Origin: Octopus vulgaris
Taxonomy: Eukaryota
Direction: 5' to 3'
NCBI GenBank assembly: GCA_951406725.2
Contig: OX597837.1
Span: 2,108,001-2,172,000, forward strand
Length of the DNA: 64,000 nucleotides
The position numbers were made by a program, and so were the translations under genes. This document shows positions 1 through 13,519 of this stretch, piece after piece. Within the stretch, counting starts at the first letter, position 1. Every line of letters starts with the position of its first letter. Under the pieces are notes generated by a model, which saw only the letters and a list, made by a program, of their open reading frames with translations, did not search any database and was not told where the DNA came from.

Positions 1-1069
1 TTGTATTTTGAAAGTTTCTCCATTTCTTTTAGAGACACGTTGTCATCTGCCGGTATTGATACATCAATTAGAAAGCATTTTTTTCTTCATGATCTCTGAC
101 AACTATATCTTGTCTGTTGGCCTTAATTTCTCTATCTGTGTGTATCGGCATATCCCAAAGTATGATTGCTTTTTCGTTTTCTGTGACCTTTTCTGGTTTG
201 TGTCTATACCATCTTTTTTCTGTTGTTATTCCATAATGTTGGCATAGCTTCCAGTGTATGTAGGTTCCAACTCTGTCATGTCTGTGAATATATTCCTTCT
301 TAGCCAGAGATAATATGATTTATTGTTTCTTGTCCATCACATATTCTGCAGTTACTTGTTATATTTCTTTTCATAACATGTTTTTGGTAATTTCTGGTGG
401 GGAGGCTTTGGTCTTGTGCTGCAATTAAAAATCCCTCTGTTTCTGCTTTGAGTCCTGAGCTTCTCAACCATTGCTGGGATTTTTCTTTGTCTATTTCTTT
501 TGCATTTAGTTTAGTCCAGTATTTGCCGTGGAGGAGTTTTTCTTGCCATCGTTTTATCATGGTTCTTTGCTGTTCTAGTTTTAGTTTGGATTTCATTTGT
601 TTTATAGCTTTTGTTGTTTCTTTCTTCTTCTTCTTCTTCTTCTTCTTCTTCTTCTTCTTCTTCTTCTTCTTCTTCTTCTTCTTCTTCTTCTTCTTCTTCT
701 TCTTCTTCTCTTCTTCTTCTTCTTCTTCTTCTTCTTCTTTATATTTGTTAGGTGGTATGATTTCTTGTTTGTATTTGTCAGCTTCCTTAAATACTGAGAA
801 CAGTTTTTTGTTTTGCTCGTGTTTTGCCGCTATTTGTATCAGTTTTCCTTCCTTCTGAAGTAGATATTTTTGCAGTCCTATGGTGGTTATTTTATAGTAG
901 TTTTCCAGCTGTATAAAGCCTCTACCACCTTCTATACGTTGTATATATAGTCTTTCTATGTCAGATTTTGGGTGATGCATCATAGACTCTGTCATTATTT
1001 TTCTTGTTTTGCTGTCTATTTTCGTCAGTTCATTTAGTGTCCAGTTAAGGATATTGTAGCTGTAATTTA

Positions 1070-1070
<1 letters not shown>
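1..1070 (-). mobile_element. Dong/R4-like RLE non-LTR retrotransposon fragment (RT thumb to CCHC knuckle to RLE), 5'-truncated, runs off the window start
   Basis: ORF 300..995(-) has 'HHPKSDIERLYIQRIEGGRG', 'LHGKY', 'AETEGFLIAAQDQSLPTRNY', 'CRICDGQETINHIISG'. The 5' junction abuts (TTA)n at ~1071. Closely similar to 5541-5915 in the opposite orientation. Confidence 0.9.
621..738. repeat. (TTC)n microsatellite inside the retrotransposon ORF
   Basis: Direct reading; gives poly-E/poly-K in ORF 300..995(-). Confidence 0.95.
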
Positions 1071-1120
<50 letters not shown>

Positions 1121-1149
1121 CATTATTAACATTATTACCACGTTGTTAT

Positions 1150-1295
1150 TACCACGTTGTTACCACGCTGGATGAAATGCTTAGCGGTATTTCGCCCGTC
1201 GCTACGTTCTGAGTTCAAATTCCGCTTAGGACGACTACCTTTCATTCTTTCTGGGTCCCTCCTCCACAATTTCAGGCCTTATGCCTATAGTAGAA
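1150..1295 (+). mobile_element. SINE family A fragment (tRNA-derived)
   Basis: 'gaaatgcttagcggtatttcg...gttctgagttcaaattccg...ctttcattct' (B-box-like GTTCAAAT), shared with many copies in the window. Confidence 0.75.
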
Positions 1296-1310
1296 ATTAT
1301 TAATATTTGT

Positions 1311-1638
1311 TATTACCTCCGCCTTAGTGAAGGCGGAGGTATTGTTTTCAGTCGTGTTTGTTTGCCCGTGAACAAGAACCGCTGGATGGATTCGGATGAA
1401 ACTTTCAGGGATGTTTGGCCTCGTGACTGGCACGGACTGATTAGATTTTCGGATCGATCCGGTACCGGACAAGGATTCTGGATTATTTTTCTCCTTTTTT
1501 TTTTTACTTAATTCATGAGAGCGGTCGCGTTCATTTTTAGTATTCTCATTTGTGAGAGCAATTGAGTTTATTTCAGATAGTCTCATTTTAAAAAACATTT
1601 CCGGCTAATCATTGGCGATTCCTTGGTGGAGGTTTGCG

Positions 1639-1640
<2 letters not shown>
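1311..1640 (+). mobile_element. Helentron-associated/DINE-like non-autonomous element
   Basis: 5' hairpin acctccgcc-ttagtgaa-ggcggaggt (1315-1340), then a GTTT/GTCT-like tract, and a matching subterminal repeat 'ccttggtggaggt' at the 3' end (1621-1633). Family call is from recalled HINE/DINE-1 architecture. Confidence 0.65.
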
Positions 1641-1693
<53 letters not shown>

Positions 1694-2108
1694 GAGTGAG
1701 AGAGCAGTGCATGCCATCAAAGTGACACTGGGGTAAAATATACGAAGCCCAGTATACCCATCATGACTACCCGTCTGGTCGAGTAACCCATCCCACTCAA
1801 AAGGTCCTTGAATAAGGGTTATTTAAGGATGTTAAATGAAACACCCATGTTTCCAGTGGTGAATTATTTAAACCCCAAATAATCCCTCTCAACACATGGC
1901 TATGATGCTCCCCCATTACTTCTACTTGTGATTAGGGATGCACATATCATCAAGCATTAAGGGACATGCTCATCTGGTTATGGTCAAGTAACTAACAAGC
2001 ATATCTGTGGTATTGAGCAGAATATTTGCTGTAGCCGATCTTTTATACCAAGACAAAACAATGTACATGATAACACTTCCAATCAGTTAGGATCAGAAGC
2101 CATGAGAG
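1694..2108 (-). mobile_element. Non-coding insert between two (TTA)n arrays; probable 3' UTR or non-autonomous derivative of a TAA-targeting LINE
   Basis: Sharp boundaries against (TTA)n at 1641-1693 and ~2109-2200, same geometry as the Dong copy at 5541-6220; no ORF. Confidence 0.4.
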
Positions 2109-2111
2109 TTG

Positions 2112-2172
<61 letters not shown>

Positions 2173-2200
2173 CATTATTACTATCATTAATATTATTATT

Positions 2201-2468
2201 AACAACTCAGGTTTCGTAGGAACTCCTGGAGTCTTGCATACGTAGCAGGCTTGCTGCTTACAGCCTACGTTACCATGCTATCGGTTCTTTTCTGCTATCT
2301 TTAAAACTTTCCTGGTTATTCTGGCCGTGCCAAGGAGGCAAAATTTTTGTAACAACTCTGCTGGGTACTCTATACCAATTTCATTTGTACTCCTCTTGAC
2401 ACCTTCTGATACTGTCCCCAAGGAACAAACAACAACTGGCCCTATCTTCATCTTCCATAGCCGGACTA
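2201..2468 (-). mobile_element. Dong/R4-like LINE 3' end fragment (distinct subfamily)
   Basis: Minus strand reads 'RLWKMKIGPVVVCSLGTVS...LLQKFCLLGTARITRKVL', matching the C-terminal 'QKIALLGTAHILRRTL' of 5878..6117; tail abuts TAA repeats. Confidence 0.8.
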
Positions 2469-2469
2469 T

Positions 2470-2625
2470 TTCAGAGTCGGCAGCATGCCGGACAAAATGT
2501 TCAGCAGCATTTCATGCGTCTTCACGTCCTGAGTTCAAATTCTGCTCAGGTCGACAGCCTTTCATTCTTCGGGATCGATAGACTAAACCCCACCTCGAAA
2601 ACCTTGTGCCAAAATCTGAAATCAT
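2470..2625 (+). mobile_element. SINE family A fragment
   Basis: 'cctgagttcaaattctgctcaggtcgacagcctttcattcttcgggatcgata'. Confidence 0.7.
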
Positions 2626-3178
2626 AATTATTATAGTTATAGATTTGTCGCAGAACTTCCGTGAATGAGGGATCCAAATTCCATGGTGTTTTAGAAAAAG
2701 GAATTTAATTATTGCAGAATATGTCTGAGTTGGAGTTTGAGTGCACACCTATGTGAGTGTAAGTGTGAGGGGAAAGTCAGAAAAGGAGCAGAAGAAAAAC
2801 AATGTGAAACGCTGATTAATTACAACTGTGTTTGACATGGAACTGTGAAAAGGGCCGCCAGGTTTCCTTTATGAATGGACAAGATCTACCCTCTCCCCTT
2901 TCTTGCATCAATCTCTTCTTATTCTATCTCTTTCTCTTTCCCTCCCTATTCCTCTCAATTAGAGGCATTAATTTGTAGCAGGGACGAAACATAATGTAGC
3001 AATGAGAAGAAATATTAATATTTGATCATCATTGTTCACAGATCACTTGATAATCTGCAACTGACAATGGCAGAAGGAATTAACAAAATTCCTCAATAGT
3101 TCTGCTCATCGGCACAAACACACACAAATACACAGAGTGACGCAAAAACACACACATATACACACACGCACATGGCTG

Positions 3179-3278
<100 letters not shown>

Positions 3279-3479
3279 CCCATATATTATACATTACTAT
3301 AAACATGCACATGCATGTGTGAAAGCATGTGTGCGTGTATATGTGTATACATGCATGTGCGTGAGCGTTAGCCCCTTTGTCTCTTGTATGATTACATGTC
3401 CCAAATTGCACCAAGAACACGTAATACACACACACACACACACATATACATATACATATATATATATATATATACATGA

Positions 3480-3538
<59 letters not shown>

Positions 3539-3974
3539 TGGGAAAAGAAAGAGAGAATGGGGAGAGAGAGAGAGACTTATTAGCTTCGCATGAATATATA
3601 TTCATATTCCATGTTCCAGTAACAGATTTTCTGCCAGACACAATGTCTGTCTTTGGTCAATCGCCGCAGGAACTTCAGCACAATTATAAATTTTCCTCTT
3701 GTCTCTTCTTCGCTTTATTACCAAGACAAATGGTCAAATAAAATTTGAACCAAATCCGCAGACACGTATTACTGACACCTCCGTTAGTTCATCGACTCCC
3801 TTTCTTCCTTATTTCCTATTTACCATTCTACTGATGCCAGCTGAAGAAATTCCCGTAAATCCAGTGTGTAAGTTACTACATGGTAGCTCAAACAGCTAGA
3901 AATGTCAACTAAATTCCTCTCAAACCACGACATATTTTCTTAACCGAATGTATAATAACTAGATTAACTGCCAT

Positions 3975-4265
3975 TCTGTCAGTTACGATAACAAGGGTTC
4001 CAGTTGATCCGATCAATTAACGTGCATGTGAAATTAACGTGCATGTAGCTGACCACTCCACAGACATGCGTACCCTTAACGTAGTTCTCGGGGAGATACA
4101 ATGTGACCCAGAATGTGACAAGGATAGCCCCTTTGAATTACTGGTACAACTCATTTTTGCCAGCTGAGTGAATTGGAGTATAAGGACACAGTGCGCCACC
4201 AGGAATCGAACTCACTATGTTACGATTGTGAGCTGAATAACTTAACCACTATGCCACGCGCATTC
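3975..4265 (-). mobile_element. SINE family C (tRNA-derived head)
   Basis: Head 'gtggttaag...gagttcgattcctgg' on the minus strand; body 'gaactacgttaagggtacgcatgtctgtggagtg' shared with 36432-36810. Confidence 0.8.
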
Positions 4266-4440
4266 CATGTCTACTCTTTGTGAAAAATAGAAAGAATGGT
4301 CACTGTTGGAACGTCTTTATCATACTTCAACTAAATCATGGTTGAGCTGGGAGCGAAACATCATCAACGAACGTCTGTCATTCAACCCACTTGTCCTTCT
4401 CTTTTTGCTTCGATATATAAATATGGTCCATATATAAATA

Positions 4441-4880
4441 AGGTACATTCCAGGTAATTTTTAAACATTTTTGGAAGCCTTTTATTACTTTGAAAGGAGT
4501 CCAAAATTCAAATCGCTTTCAAAGTCAGGTCCTTGGGGTTCAGTGCTCTTGTTGTTGTCTTCCAGCCACTTCGTGAATGTCCCATGGAACTCCTCCAAGA
4601 ACGTAGGTGCCCACGACCCTTGTGATTGTCTCAATCTTCTCAATGTCTTCAAAACGACTGTCCCCGAGGTTTCTCCTTCAGCTTAGGGAACAACCAAAAG
4701 TGACAGGGAGCAAGGCCTGGACTGTGAGAAAGATGAGTGAGTTTTCATTCCTATCACAGTCAAGTAGTTGGTTACCAAAATGTTTGTGACTAATCAACCC
4801 GCAAACAAATATTGCACAAAATTTGCAAATGTCCAGATCGCCATAAATAATTATGTCTACAGTTTATACACCAATTCCAA
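4441..4880 (-). mobile_element. mariner transposase remnant (internally deleted)
   Basis: Minus strand ~4680-4735 reads 'HSPGLAPCHFWLFPKLK', a degenerate mariner YSPDLAPxDFxLFxxLK motif, followed by a decayed C-terminus. Confidence 0.75.
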
Positions 4881-5498
4881 ACAGAAAGCAGTCTGTCTTT
4901 ATAGATCCACGACAATCTTCATCCAAACATTTGTGAATATTCTCAACTACATCTGATATCCTGGCGTCACCCATCTTTTCACACCCCTCATTGTCTCCCC
5001 ACCCTCTTCTCTACCATCTTTAAACCCCTTGTGACAGCAAAGAGGCTCATCCATAACCAGTCTAAATCATTTCATACGTTTCTCTTGCGTTTTTTTTTTT
5101 TTTCCAGTTTAATACAAAACTTCACTGCATAAACAAGCACCCAAACGTCCCGAATGATTTCTGCAGCTTAGTCAGCTGTAGCAAGTAGTGTTGAGCAGTG
5201 TGTGTTCAAAGTGCTGTTATAGCTGCCTCATTCCATGTTCAATAACAAAAGTTGGCATGACACCTTATTAGATGTACTGTAATGATATACTAAAATTATA
5301 AGCATCCCGAGTAGTTATAACGGTGTCGCTTGAAGAAAAGATTCAAAACGTCTGGAACGCACCTTGTAGTTCTCAACAACTTAAGGCCAAGCCTGTATAA
5401 GAGGTCGCTTGACTTACGAGAAATAGCAAATGAATCTCTCTTAAATCACACTCGCCGTCTTTTTACTATTAACAACAACTACAGCAACAACAGCAACG

Positions 5499-5540
<42 letters not shown>

Positions 5541-5541
<1 letters not shown>

Positions 5542-6217
5542 AAGTAACTGCAGAATATGTGGAGATGGACAAGAAACAATAAATCATATTATCTCTAGCT
5601 GCCCAGTCCTGGCTAAGAAGGAATATATTCACAGACATGACAGAGTTGGAACTTACATACATTGGAAGCTATGCCAACATTATGGAATAACAACAGAAAA
5701 AAGATGGTATAGGCACACACCAGAAAAGGTCACAGAAAACGAGAAAGCAACCATACTCTGGGATATGCCGATACACACAGATAGAGAAATTAAGGCCAAC
5801 AGACCAGATATAGTTGTCAGAGACCATGAAGAAAAAAATGCTTTCTAATTGATGTATCAGTACCGGCAGATGACAACGTGTCTCTAAAAGAAATGGAGAA
5901 ACTCTCAAAATACAAAGACCTGGAAATAGAGGTAACTAGAATGTGGAATCTGAAAACAGAAACAATTCCTATCATAGTAGGTGCATTAGGCATGATAAAA
6001 AAATATTCAGACAAATACATAACAAAAACACCAGGACTTACAAACACATATAACATACAGAAAATTGCACTACTAGGCACTGCACACATCCTACGCAGAA
6101 CACTTTCCATACAATAACCATCAGAGCATCACAACAAATCACAGCACATACCCAAGGCACACAGAGCTGCGCTCGGTAGTGAAGTGAAAGCACGCTATAA
6201 AAATAAAAATAAAACTA

Positions 6218-6220
<3 letters not shown>
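5541..6220 (+). mobile_element. Dong/R4-like LINE 3' fragment with CCHC knuckle, RLE endonuclease and 3' UTR, flanked by (AAT)n on both sides
   Basis: 'CRICGDGQETINHIISSC', 'ILWDMPIHTDREIKANRPDIVV', 'EKLSKYKDL', 'PIIVGALG', 'QKIALLGTAHILRRTL'; one frameshift in an A-run near 5835; (AAT)n at 5501-5540 and 6221-6310. Confidence 0.92.
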
Positions 6221-6310
<90 letters not shown>

Positions 6311-6311
<1 letters not shown>

Positions 6312-7470
6312 TATGACGGGTTAGCGATACCATTGGGGGAGGTTATGAAGCAGATAGAATAGATGGGCTATAAGTACTGTGGGATACTGGAAATGGATAA
6401 ATTGATGGAGAACGAAATGACAGAAAAATTTAAGCTGGAATACTTGCGCAGACTGAGACTGATATTTAAGTCGAAATTAAACGGACGGAATAAGATTGAA
6501 GCTATCAACACCTGGGCGGTTTCATTCCTTAAATATGGAGCAGGGGTTATCACATGGGCAGTAGACGAACTAAACAGCTTAGACAGAAAAACAAGGAAGT
6601 TGTTGACTAGATACTCCTCCTAAAAAGTAACACAAACAGACTGTATGTACCAAGAAAAGAGGGGAAGAGGACTGATTGGATGCGAACACAGCATTAGAGC
6701 AGAAGAAAACCACATAGCATGATATATAAAAAATGCCACAGAACCACTATTACTGGAGGTAAGAAGATTAGGCTTGTGTAGAATGGAAGATTGCAAAGAT
6801 AAAGCACTGTACAAGCACTTGAGAATGAATGAAACTGAAAATTAGTGGATAAAGAAAAGAATGCATGGACAATTTCATAGGGATGTTGAAGACAGAAAAA
6901 AGATGGCTATGGATGACTAAAAGTGATTTAAAAACGGAAACAGAGGCTCTAATCTGTGCTGCCCAAGAACAAGCATTAAGGACCAATTTCATCAAATACA
7001 GAAAAGACAACACATCAGAAAGTGATAAGTACAGAATTTGTGGACAAAATGGTGAAACCGTATGGCATATTGCCAGGCAATGTACGCCTCTAGCCTGGAA
7101 AGAATATAAGAGATGTCATGACAATATAGCAAAGATTGTCCATTGGACACTTTGCAACAAGTATGGACTTGACAGAGCAAACAAGTGGTACGAACATAAA
7201 CCCGAAGGCATCATCGACAATGATAATGCAAAGATCCTATGGGATTTTATGATTCAGTGCGACCACTAGATAGAGAATAGGAATCCAGATATAGTGTTAA
7301 TTGAGAAAGAGAACAAACTATGCTGGATCATAGATATAGCATATTCCAGCTGACAAAAAGGTATGCGATAAGGAAGAAAGAAAAGTCGATTGATATGACA
7401 GGTTAGCTTGAGAGGTTAAGCAGTTGTGGTCGATAAAATAGGTGGTAGTAGTACCAATAATTGTCGTTGT
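6311..7470 (+). mobile_element. Older Dong/R4-like LINE fragment (RT end, thumb, knuckle, RLE)
   Basis: 'YKYCGILE', 'SKLNGRNKIEAINTWAV', 'LDRKTRKLL', 'ETEALICAAQEQALRTN', 'ICGQNGETVWHIARQC', 'KILWDFMIQCDH'; many stops and frameshifts. Confidence 0.9.
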
Positions 7471-7539
7471 AATCGAATACCCCCCGACCTTTAAAAATTG
7501 CTGGCTTTGTGTTAAACGTAGCATTAAAAAGACGATGAG

Positions 7540-7700
7540 AAGGCAGATTCGTTAGCATGCCGCACAAAATGCTGAAACAGCATTTACTCCGTCTTTTCGT
7601 TCTGAGTTCAAATGTTGCCAGGGTCTTTTGCCTTTCGTCATTTCGTGCTCTGTGAAGAAAGTACCAGTTGCGTACTGGGGTCGGGGTAATCGACTAATAA
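7540..7700 (+). mobile_element. SINE family A fragment
   Basis: 'gttctgagttcaaatg...ttttgcctttcgtc...agtaccagttgcgtactggggtc'. Confidence 0.7.
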
Positions 7701-7799
7701 TGAACAATAATGGTTTAGAAGAAAAAGGATAGGGATTTCGATGCAAATTGACGTTGTCCTCGATGAGGGATGACCGGGGTGGGGCTAAACAAAATCAGC

Positions 7800-8090
7800 A
7801 ACCACTACTACTACTACCACCACCATTTCTATTGCTGCTGCTGCTGCTGCTATTACTTGCAACAGCACTACTACTATTACACCCATAACGACTACTAACA
7901 TACTACCACTGCTACTTCTACTGCTACCACCTTACCACCACTACTACTACCTCTACCATACTACCACTGCTACTTTTACTACTATTACTGACACCTCACC
8001 ACCACCACTACAACTCTCACTAACATAGTACAACTTCTACTTCTACCACGTCACCACCACTACTACTACTACTACTACTACCACCACCTT
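7800..8090. repeat. Degenerate (ACT/ACC)n low-complexity tract
   Basis: Direct reading. Confidence 0.85.
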
Positions 8091-8626
8091 TGCCGTCTTC
8101 ATCCCCTACCGTTTTTTTTGGTTGTTTTATGTTCTTGCCATTGTCGTGAACGACTGAAGAAATCTCTTTAGAGATTTGGCGAGATGCCAGTGCTTAGCTT
8201 TCCTTGTTATTTGTGAAGCGATTGGATTTTTACAAGAATTTATTACAAGTCATCGGAGAGAGGTATATGAATAAATTAACTGTATGTGTAGGGGGAGGGT
8301 GTTTAGACAAGAATCACCTGTACCATTAATTGCAATCGCGACACTGCTTAAAGTCTTCTGGAGAAGCCTCACCAATAAAAGTTCTTTCTTACAACTCGAG
8401 GGAAAAATTAAATGTGATTCGTTCTTCTCAATATTTCTCAGGTACCATTTCTCCTGTACCAATGACCAATAACTTATAGACGTTTATACATTCCTGCGTA
8501 GACAGACAGGTAGATGAACGGACGGACGGAGGGAGAGAGAGAGAAAGAGAGAGAGAGAGACAGACAGACAGAGAAACAAGCACAGACAGACAGATAGACG
8601 CATGCACGCACAGATAGATACGTACG

Positions 8627-8657
<31 letters not shown>

Positions 8658-8835
8658 AAATACATGGGTATAGATACTCCATTTTTTTTTAATTGACAGA
8701 AGTTACGAAAGTGATTCGAATCAGAGCTTCTGGGTCGATGGGTTCTGCACGAAACTTGCGATGTTACAGTCACTTTTGTGAGTCTCAGCCGATTAGAAAT
8801 AATTTTATTTTGAGAGGTAATACTTATTCCCACTT

Positions 8836-9225
8836 CAGCTGGCAGAAATCTTAGCATGCTGGGCAAAATGCTTAGCGGTATTTCGCCTGCTGCTACGTTC
8901 TGAGTTCAAATTCCGCCGAGGTCGACTTTGCATTTCATCCTTTTGGGGTCGATTAAATAAGTACCAGTTACGCACTGGGTCGATATAATCGACTTAATCA
9001 GTTTGTCTGTCCTTGTTTGTCCTCTCTGTGGTTAGCCCCTTGTGGGTAGTAAAGAAATAGGTATTTCGCCCTTCTTTACGTTCTGAGTTCAAATTCCGCC
9101 GAGGTCGACTTTTCTTTTCATCTTTTCGGGGTGATAAATTAAGTACCAGTTGCGTACTAGGGTCGATATAATCGACTGGCTCCCTCCCCCAAAATTTCGG
9201 GCCTTGTGCCTAGAGTAGAAAAGAA
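8836..9225 (+). mobile_element. SINE family A, long dimer-like form
   Basis: Two tandem 'gttctgagttcaaattccgccgaggtcgacttt...aagtaccagtt' blocks joined by 'ccccttgtgggtagtaaagaaataggtatttcg'; same form at 22512-22890. Confidence 0.85.
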
Positions 9226-9615
9226 TACTTATTCCTAATTAAACGTATATGTTCTTTTAGAACAAATTTTACTGCAGTAGATAGCACGAGAGAAACTCTC
9301 ATATAGGATATTGGTGCAGAATGCATGCATGCTTGTTTATATTGCTAGCGGTGAGCTAAACCCCGCCGTCTCCAGCACCGAAACCACCAGATCACGTGAT
9401 CTCTATCGTTCTTGATCTCATTGGTGATGGAAGCTCGACCGCTAGAGATACCAGCGACTCATCTCTCAGCTAGCGATATATAGAAAAGCAGTGCCACAAC
9501 AGGCACAGGTGTTGCGATTATCCAGTTAGCTTGTTAGAAACTTTATATTAGCAAAAGAGGAAATATCAATATATATTTTTAAATAATATATTTGTGTGAG
9601 CATGCATGTGTAGAT

Positions 9616-9838
9616 TTCGAAAATATAGCAAATTTTCACCGTAGAGAAATTAAACAAACATTGAAACAACGGAAATAAAAATGGATATTTCTATATGTTG
9701 AAATCGAACGCGCACATCTTTTCGCAGGACGTGTGCGGCCGATTACTCCAACATACCCAACCGTTTTGCTTCGTTGAATTTATAGATTCATAGTTTCTAA
9801 ATTTCAATATATACGGTGAAAACTTATATTTCCGAAAA
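9616..9838. mobile_element. Degenerate MITE-like element with terminal inverted repeats
   Basis: 'tttcgaaaatatagcaaattttcaccgta' versus 'tacggtgaaaacttatatttccgaaa' (imperfect reverse complement). Confidence 0.4.
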
Positions 9839-10164
9839 ATTATCACTCGTTTCTTAACTTATTCAAATTTTATATGTCCAGTCGCACCTCACATTCACAT
9901 CAATCTATATATATATATATATAATTAAAGTCAAAATAAGGGTGAAAAAATTGAATATTAATTAATAACATCAATTTAAACACCAAGTGGCCTAGCGTAT
10001 AATGTACAGGGACTCAGTAAATATTATTAATACAAAACAATAAGAGAGGATCCACTATGTGGACGCTCTAACTCTAGATATAGATCCGCAAAGGGAAACC
10101 ACCACCGAGAAAATGTTCTCAAGAATTAATTCAACTCACCAAGAACGTATATATATATATATAC

Positions 10165-10673
<509 letters not shown>

Positions 10674-10747
10674 CAAATATATAACACCAAATATATAGTG
10701 CGTGTGTTTTTATTGGCTAAACTGGCAATATGACCATTCCGAAATAT

Positions 10748-10786
<39 letters not shown>

Positions 10787-10787
<1 letters not shown>

Positions 10788-10895
10788 TAGTTGTCAACGA
10801 AGAGCCACGGAACTCGAACCCGTACCCCTCGTATACCGGCTGAATATTCTACCATCAGGCGAAACTGTCCACAATCGCCGTCATATTTAAGCACT
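10787..10895 (-). mobile_element. Isolated tRNA-like SINE head
   Basis: Minus strand 'gcctgatggtagaatattcagccggtatacgaggggtacgggttcgagttcc' with A-box and B-box-like motifs; no clean cloverleaf. Confidence 0.45.
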
Positions 10896-11172
10896 AAATA
10901 CAGATTTTGGGAATGCAACAACAGCATTAAATTCGAATAACCTATATATTTCGCGTTTAAATTTGATGTCAATCGTTGTCAGTGTCGAGTTTGACTTAGT
11001 TTGGGGTCCGTGTGTCGACAACGTTTTTCGATCATATAAGGACAATAAAACCCAATCTTTCTGCTGTTTCCACGGTTGTACTGCGTTCGACATATTACTT
11101 TGCTGCCTGTACAATATGATGCACATATGACGCTTTTTAAAACAAAGTTTGTTTACATATGTTAATTATATA

Positions 11173-11273
<101 letters not shown>

Positions 11274-11460
11274 CATACACATGCTAATACAAGACCCACA
11301 TGAGACTCCTCACTCGTATCACTATCGAACCAAGAGTTTAACTATGGTCTGTCCACAGCACTTAGCGTTACCTGCTACTCATTGGGTCTTCTAGATACTA
11401 ATATCTCTCAAATATATATAGCTAGATATAGATATAGATATATATTTGTGTATATATATG

Positions 11461-11493
<33 letters not shown>

Positions 11494-11628
11494 TTGTGTA
11501 TGTATATATATGTATATATATATATACATATATATATATTTGTGTATGTATATATATATATTTGCGTATGTATATATATATATATATATTTGTGTATGTA
11601 TATATATTTCTATATTTGTGTATGTGTA

Positions 11629-11681
<53 letters not shown>

Positions 11682-12487
11682 AACAAAAATACAGATAGAT
11701 GCAAATCACATCTCTAATCGTTGAATTCACCATAGAAAGCCTGGATTGGTTGCTGTTTCTATAAGATGAAACAATCTTCAGTCTACGCTGATGGCTTTAA
11801 AGTTTTTATTGTTGTTGTTGTTGTATTGCTGTTGTTTAACTGCAGGTTGTGTGTGGTTAGACAGACATAAAGAAACCTTCCCACCTTCACAACAAAGAGT
11901 GATTTGAGGTCGGTTTTTTCAGTTACCTTTTTGCAAATTGACAACCTTGTAACGGCATCGTGGTTTGCTTGTGAAGAACAACACATCTTTTCGTATACGT
12001 TGGTCTTCAACATTTTGCAATGTATCTTCCCGATTTTATTTAAATGACAGAATTTTATTAAAGGCCCCCATATCACACAAGTTGAGTGCCAGAGTAGAGA
12101 ACTCCCTCGGTCTTTCACAAAAGCCAAGTCTCTCTACCAAGCGTAAAACCTTTATTTCAAAGATTCCTTAAGATTTTTCGAGGGAATTTTCTTAGCATTC
12201 TCGTCTGTTTAACGAACATTTGAAATTTGCAATGTTGCAAGTTAATCAATCATACGCGAAATTCCGTTGACAGAATGCCAGAATTAGTTGTGTGATTACG
12301 GATCTTTGTAAACCAGATATTAGTTGCTTGCTTGTATGGCTGTAGATGTCTGTTTCAGCTCAATTCGATTCCCTCTTCGATGGAATATGGGTTCTGATAA
12401 ACTGGAAAATCTTCGAAGTTAGTTCATGCAGACCAACACTGGCAATTGCAAATATATTTCTGCCACTTAACCTAATCAAACCATATT

Positions 12488-12870
12488 TAGGCGCAGGCGT
12501 GGGTGTGTGGTCAACAGCTTGCTTCCCAACCACATAGTTCCGGGTTCAGTCCCACAGCTTGGTACCAAGGGCAAGTGTCTTCTACTATAACATCTGGTAG
12601 GATCAAAAAGTGGATTTGATAAATGGAAACTGAAAGAATCCCGTCGTATTTGTTTATAGATAAATAGATACATGCAATCATACACACATACATACCAGTG
12701 TTGGTGTGTTTATGTCCGTCTCTGTAAGCTAGCGCTTTTGCAAAAAGGACGACTAGATTAAGTACCAGGTTTTAAAAAAGAAAAAGAATTGCGATCGATT
12801 TATTCGACTGAAAATTCTTCAAGGTTCCAGCATTGCCGCAGTCGAATGACTAAAACACGCAAAAGATATT
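12488..12870 (+). mobile_element. SINE family B
   Basis: 'ggcgcaggcgtgggtgtgtgg...gttccgggttcagtccc...gggcaagtgtcttctactata...gccgcagtcgaatgactaaaac'. Confidence 0.8.
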
Positions 12871-13519
12871 TATTTCTTCAGCACCAACTACCCATACCTT
12901 TTTCTTCTTTTCCTCTGTCACTCTCTTTAACTCTGGTACATAATTTATTTCGAAGAAATTATTGGTTATCTAAATACATCGGATTTGCTGCTAAGAAGAT
13001 AAGATTTTGGACAATTAAATTATTTCTTTCGGGAAAAATATTTTCCCGTATTTAACAACATTATGATTCGATCAGTTTAATCGTCAAAGGTCATAAGGTG
13101 TCTTCTTCCTGACAAAATATCTGAGATAATATGCTGTGGATAAGTTTATAATTTTTTCGGACTGTTTGACCACAAATTTAATAAAATTTGGAACATAATC
13201 ATTTCAGAAACGATGACGTCTTATGAAGGTCTTGTCTGAAAGGATCCCAGATATCAAGATACCAAAGCATTTTAACGAAAGGAAGAATGTGGTTATGTTT
13301 TGAGTCAACTCGATCATTATTTGGAGAATGGTAAATATTTAGTTGGATACAAAAAAATAAAAGAGGTCCACTTTGTCTTTAAAACTTTGAAGACCATCTA
13401 AAACCCAACAACAGAAACTGAAAAAATACAGAACTTTCAACAGGACAAGAACACAAAAAAAGGACTATCACCTGATATGAAAACACGTAATGAATATATT
13501 GAGCCTTTTTCCTGTTGTT

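Noticed and set aside
397-858. Plus-strand ORF with poly-F/poly-S
   Set aside because: Antisense shadow of the LINE ORF plus the (TTC)n repeat.
8150-8195. HHR at 'ctgaaga aatctc ttta gagatt'
   Set aside because: A stem II-like hairpin is present but GAAA, the cleavage triplet and stem I are not.
11745-11785. HHR on the minus strand (CTGAAGA...GAAAC)
   Set aside because: No convincing stem II or stem I and no GUH.
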